From NCBI GenBank assembly GCA_028282585.1, contig JANQHR010000076.1:1-28765 (forward strand): a stretch of DNA of 28,765 bases, given 5' to 3'. A model generated the notes under the pieces. That model made no database searches, had not been told where the DNA came from, and saw nothing but the letters and a program-made list of their open reading frames with translations. Origin of the DNA: Bacteroidales bacterium (GTDB taxonomy: Bacteria > Bacteroidota > Bacteroidia > Bacteroidales > UBA12077). Positions 24,887-28,765 of the stretch are shown in pieces (positions within the stretch are counted from its first letter, which is position 1; each line of letters starts with the position of its first letter). Position numbers and translations under genes: made by a program.

Positions 24887-27800
24887 ATGGAATTTGAAAG
24901 AAGATTAAAAAATAAAACAATCATAGCAGTAATGTCCGCACTGCTAGTTCTCTGTACAATATATTTCACACTTGATTCCAGAAATCAAAAGCAATTTATT
25001 GACTGGGAAATTCAAAAAGAAAATGAAATTGTAAATCTTGAAATTAAATCACTTCTTCGAAACACTAATCAACTATATCATAGTAAAATTCAATATTTTG
25101 TAAATAATCCTGAAATAAAAAAGGAGTTTCATGCAGGTAATTATGAAAGATTATATCGCAAAATACTTCCTTACTATACAATATTAAAATCAGAAGATCC
25201 TTTTCATTTTGATATACGTTTTTATACTAAGGATAATATTCTCGCTCTTGATATGGAAACCAGAAACGGCATTCAGGAAAAAAAGGTTCATAAAAACTCG
25301 TTAGTTTATTGCTCAAATTTGGAAAAAGCAAGAAAAACCGGTTTTGAAATTTACAGTTCTCAGTTATATTATAAAATTGCACAGCCCGTTAGTTACCAAG
25401 GAGAATATTTAGGATGTATTGAATTCTCCATACGTGAAAACGAAATTATAGAACATATAGAGAGAAATTTTGATATCTATATCTCTTCTTTTTTTAATTC
25501 CAAACATCTAGATAATGAGATTATAGAAGATTTAAATCCGAAATTTTTAAACGATCATTTAATTATTAGATCTCTATCCAATCATACCATTTTTAAGTTT
25601 ATTGCCAATAGTAAGTTAACAAAACCAGGAAAATTCAAATACCAGAATAAGTATTATTATTTAGACATTGTTAGAGTAAAAAATGATCTTTTGAAAGAAG
25701 GGCTTGAGGGTGTAATTTATACCCGCGATATTACAAATCTTCAAAATCAATTTCGGGCAATCCTTTATAGGTCATTGTTAATTATCTTTTTAATTTTATT
25801 ATCAACATATATCATACTGCACTTTTCATTTAATATTTTAATTACAAAAGTATTCAATTTACAAGATTCATTAGATAAAAGACTTGCCCAAAAAACAAAG
25901 GAGGTAATTAAAACTAACGCTGAACTGAACCAGATTTTTAATACCACAGGTAATAGTATGCGTTTAATTGATAACAATTATAATATTCTTCGGGTAAATA
26001 GAGCATTTACAACAATCTCAGGTATTAGTAAGTCAGATGCAGAAGGAAAAAAATGTTACGATGTTTTTCCTGGTCCATATTGTCATACGGCAGAGTGTCC
26101 ACTGAATCAAATAAAAAATGGTGAAGATCGTGTTGAACAAGATATAAAAAAGAAAAGCAAACTAGGTAAGATTATTCCTGGAATTTTAAATGCTGTGGCG
26201 TTTAAAGATGAAAACGGAGATATTTTAGGTATAATTGAAGACTATAAAGATATCACGCAACGTGTTGAAGCTGAAGAAGCACTTTTAAAAACCGAAAAAC
26301 AGTTCAGTATTTTTATGGATAATCTTCCATTAGGTGTTTTCATTAAAGATGAAAAACTCAGGTCGGTTTATTTGAATAAGTACATGGATAATGTTCACTC
26401 TAATGACAATTGCCAGAATAAAACTCCAGAAGAAATCTTCCCTTTAGAATACGCTAAGCGTGTAATAGATGAGGACAATCGTGTTCTAAATGGTGAAATC
26501 TTAATAGTTGAAGATCAACTTCCAAATAAAATGGGAGAGTTAAAAACATATCAAACCCATAAATTCAGGTTTCGAGGTGCTGATAACTCATGGAAAATTG
26601 GAGGAATTTCCATTGATATTAGCGAAAAGAAAAAAACCGAATTAGAATTAAAAATCCTATCAAATGCCATTCAACATTCACCTGCTTGCGTTATAATTAC
26701 AAACCTGGAAGGTAAAATTGAAATCGTAAATCCAAGCTTTTCACAAATTACCGGATATCAACCCGAAGATGTTATTGGAAAAGATATAAGCCTATTACAT
26801 TTTAATTCTCCAGACAAATTCCATGATATCATTAGTACAATTGTTTCCGGCAAGGTATGGCAGGGCGAATTCCATAATAAAAAGAAAAACGGAGAGGTAT
26901 ATTGGGAACTGGCTTCTATTTCAGCAGTGAAAAACGATAAAGATGAAATTACTCGATTTGTTATAATTTCGGAAGACATCACTTTACGAAAGAAAAGTGA
27001 AAATGAATTGATTGATGCCAAAGAGAAAGCAGAAGAATCCAATAGATTAAAAACTGCATTTTTGGCAAATTTATCTCATGAGATACGAACTCCAATGAAT
27101 GCTATTATAGGCTTTTCAAATTTACTTCTCGATGAAAGTATGCCTAAGGAAGAAAAAATTAAGTTAAATAATCTCATCAATAAAAATAGTCAAAATCTTC
27201 TTAAACTTATTGATGATGTAATTGACATTTCAAAAATTCAGTCAGGAGATATCCAGTTTAATAAAACCAAATGCCTCTTAAATAAATTACTTCTTGATCT
27301 TTATGTAACCTTTAGCATTCAAATTGACAATGATACCAAAAAGGAACTTCATCTTTCAATGAATAAAGGTTCAAAAAATAAAAGTTTTTCAATAGTTACC
27401 GATCCTTTTAGATTAAAGCAGGTTTTATATAATTTAATTGAGAATGCAATTAAATTTACCACTAAAGGTTTTGTTGAGTTTGGATATACTTTGATAGAAA
27501 AGGAGAATAAAATTCAGTTTTATGTAATTGATTCGGGAATCGGAATATCAAATGAAAAATCTGATATGATTTATGATCTGTTCCGACAAGCAGATGAATC
27601 ATTTACGCGTGAATATGGTGGGACAGGAATTGGATTAACCATCGCAAAAAAGATTATCGATCATTTAGGTGGAGAAATTTGGGTTCAGTCAACTCCCGAA
27701 CAAGGAACAAATATTTATTTTACGCTTCCTTATGAAATTCCGGAATCTAAATTCGAAATAGAAGGATACAATTTCGATAATCCATTTAATTGGCAAAGTA

Positions 27801-28162
27801 AAGTTGTTTTGGTAGCTGATGATATTGATATAAATTACAAACTAATCGAAGAAATTCTATTGCCAACCAAGGCTAAAATTCTTTGGGCAAAAGATGGCAT
27901 GGAAGCAGTAGAAATTTGCCTTAAAAATGATAGTATAGATTTGGTTCTAATGGATATTAAAATGCCAAAGATGAATGGTTTTGAAGCTACTCAAAAAATT
28001 AAGGCGCATAAAAGAGATCTAATTGTCATCGGTCAAACCGCATATGCGCATGATAATGAAAATCATAAATGCCTAAACACCGGATTTGACAACTATATCG
28101 CAAAACCTATTAAAATTGAAACACTACTTTCAACCATAAATCAAGCATTTGTAAAAAATTAA
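24887..28162 (+). CDS. Hybrid sensor histidine kinase (TM-periplasmic Cache-like-TM, 3 PAS, HisKA, HATPase, REC)
   Basis: H-box 'FLANLSHEIRTPMNAIIGF', N-box 'NLIENAIKFT', G-boxes 'DSGIGI' and 'GGTGIGL', REC 'LMDIKMPKMNG'. PAS domains end in DIT/DIS. ATG 24887 preferred over TTG 24848. Confidence 0.95.
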   Translation: MEFERRLKNKTIIAVMSALLVLCTIYFTLDSRNQKQFIDWEIQKENEIVNLEIKSLLRNTNQLYHSKIQYFVNNPEIKKEFHAGNYERLYRKILPYYTILKSEDPFHFDIRFYTKDNILALDMETRNGIQEKKVHKNSLVYCSNLEKARKTGFEIYSSQLYYKIAQPVSYQGEYLGCIEFSIRENEIIEHIERNFDIYISSFFNSKHLDNEIIEDLNPKFLNDHLIIRSLSNHTIFKFIANSKLTKPGKFKYQNKYYYLDIVRVKNDLLKEGLEGVIYTRDITNLQNQFRAILYRSLLIIFLILLSTYIILHFSFNILITKVFNLQDSLDKRLAQKTKEVIKTNAELNQIFNTTGNSMRLIDNNYNILRVNRAFTTISGISKSDAEGKKCYDVFPGPYCHTAECPLNQIKNGEDRVEQDIKKKSKLGKIIPGILNAVAFKDENGDILGIIEDYKDITQRVEAEEALLKTEKQFSIFMDNLPLGVFIKDEKLRSVYLNKYMDNVHSNDNCQNKTPEEIFPLEYAKRVIDEDNRVLNGEILIVEDQLPNKMGELKTYQTHKFRFRGADNSWKIGGISIDISEKKKTELELKILSNAIQHSPACVIITNLEGKIEIVNPSFSQITGYQPEDVIGKDISLLHFNSPDKFHDIISTIVSGKVWQGEFHNKKKNGEVYWELASISAVKNDKDEITRFVIISEDITLRKKSENELIDAKEKAEESNRLKTAFLANLSHEIRTPMNAIIGFSNLLLDESMPKEEKIKLNNLINKNSQNLLKLIDDVIDISKIQSGDIQFNKTKCLLNKLLLDLYVTFSIQIDNDTKKELHLSMNKGSKNKSFSIVTDPFRLKQVLYNLIENAIKFTTKGFVEFGYTLIEKENKIQFYVIDSGIGISNEKSDMIYDLFRQADESFTREYGGTGIGLTIAKKIIDHLGGEIWVQSTPEQGTNIYFTLPYEIPESKFEIEGYNFDNPFNWQSKVVLVADDIDINYKLIEEILLPTKAKILWAKDGMEAVEICLKNDSIDLVLMDIKMPKMNGFEATQKIKAHKRDLIVIGQTAYAHDNENHKCLNTGFDNYIAKPIKIETLLSTINQAFVKN

Positions 28163-28228
28163 TTCTTTATTCTTTCGTTATTTAATTATAATCAGTACAT
28201 AGCTGTAATTTAGTGTTTTAAATTTTAC

Positions 28229-28236
28229 TACATTTG
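28229..28236 (+). promoter_or_regulatory. Bacteroidota -7 box (TACATTTG) for the last gene
   Basis: TAnnTTTG match about 96 bp upstream of ATG 28333. Confidence 0.5.
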
Positions 28237-28332
28237 TTTGGATATAACTAATATTACTCCACTAAAGACTTTTTAATTTTAGTATAAAATAATTACATTT
28301 ATATCCTTATTGCTAACATAAAAACTGTCATC

Positions 28333-28765
28333 ATGATCGCAACCTACATTCAGGAATTACTTGCCACAAATAATAGAGTCATTGTTCCGAATTTCGGAGC
28401 CTTTTTGGTAAGAGCTACTTCAAAAAGCAAGGACGCGAATACATTGGAAGAAAAACTAAAGGATGTTTATTTTAGCCCATTTCTAAAATTTAATGATGAA
28501 TTGTTAGAAAAATATATCATTAAAAAAGAAAGTGTTACAAAAGAACAAGCTGCAGATAAAATTAATCAGTTTATTGATGAAGTAAAAAAGGAGTTAGAGC
28601 AAGAAAAACCTTATAATATTGCGGATTTCGGAAGATTTGAAGCAGATAAACAGGGAAAGGTTCAATTCATTACAATAGCCAAAGAAATACCTACGGAAAA
28701 AGAAACAAAAATTGCTCCTAAAGCAACAACTACAGGAAAAACTACTACAACGAAAAAAACTGCCA
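28333..28765 (+). CDS. HU-CCDC81-like domain protein (often with C-terminal SPOR), truncated at right edge (not in ORF track)
   Basis: Manual translation MIATYIQELLATNNRVIVPNFGAFL...FSPFLKFNDELL..YI...A...I..F...L.......IADFGRF, followed by a Thr/Lys-rich linker. The frame is open to the window end. Confidence 0.8.
   Translation, partial: MIATYIQELLATNNRVIVPNFGAFLVRATSKSKDANTLEEKLKDVYFSPFLKFNDELLEKYIIKKESVTKEQAADKINQFIDEVKKELEQEKPYNIADFGRFEADKQGKVQFITIAKEIPTEKETKIAPKATTTGKTTTTKKTA

Noticed and set aside
1288-27042. Short alternate-frame or antisense ORFs in the track (1288, 1372, 5290, 8016, 9328, 9697, 10042, 11960, 12685, 12998, 13015, 13510, 15577, 18580, 19712, 20169, 25765, 26758)
   Set aside because: All lie inside well-supported genes and show no recognisable motifs, so they are treated as shadow ORFs.
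28700-28765. ACT/ACA-rich quasi-repeat at the right edge
   Set aside because: It encodes an ordinary Thr/Lys-rich low-complexity linker.

Overview
AT-rich chromosomal window from a Bacteroidota organism, probably Bacteroidales/Marinilabiliales-like. The evidence is TAnnTTTG -7 promoter boxes, a T9SS C-terminal sorting domain, and DUF5723, PagL-like and HU-CCDC81 proteins. It holds about 27 CDSs, two truncated by the window edges, and no rRNA, tRNA, CRISPR array, transposase or integrase. The centre is a patchwork of redox and electrophile-stress genes: DUF427, MBL hydrolase, Crp/Fnr, NmrA-like reductase, a LysR-divergent mdaB-like/dinB/kefG/kefB cluster, cupin, pirin and a Fer4_19-CDGSH fusion. 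The best leads are four. (i) A ParE/RelE toxin-antitoxin pair sits exactly between two copies of a 12-bp direct repeat that duplicates the 3' end of the cupin gene, with no mobility gene. (ii) A membrane-LytTR plus TonB-dependent-receptor cassette with ~20-bp-phased repeats lies between a Crp/Fnr gene and an FNR-type box. (iii) A Kef K+ efflux system with a substituted glutathione pocket is clustered with a DinB thiol-transferase-like gene. (iv) A Tat-signal ATC-hydrolase-family protein is present. All family calls come from motif recognition by eye, not from database searches.
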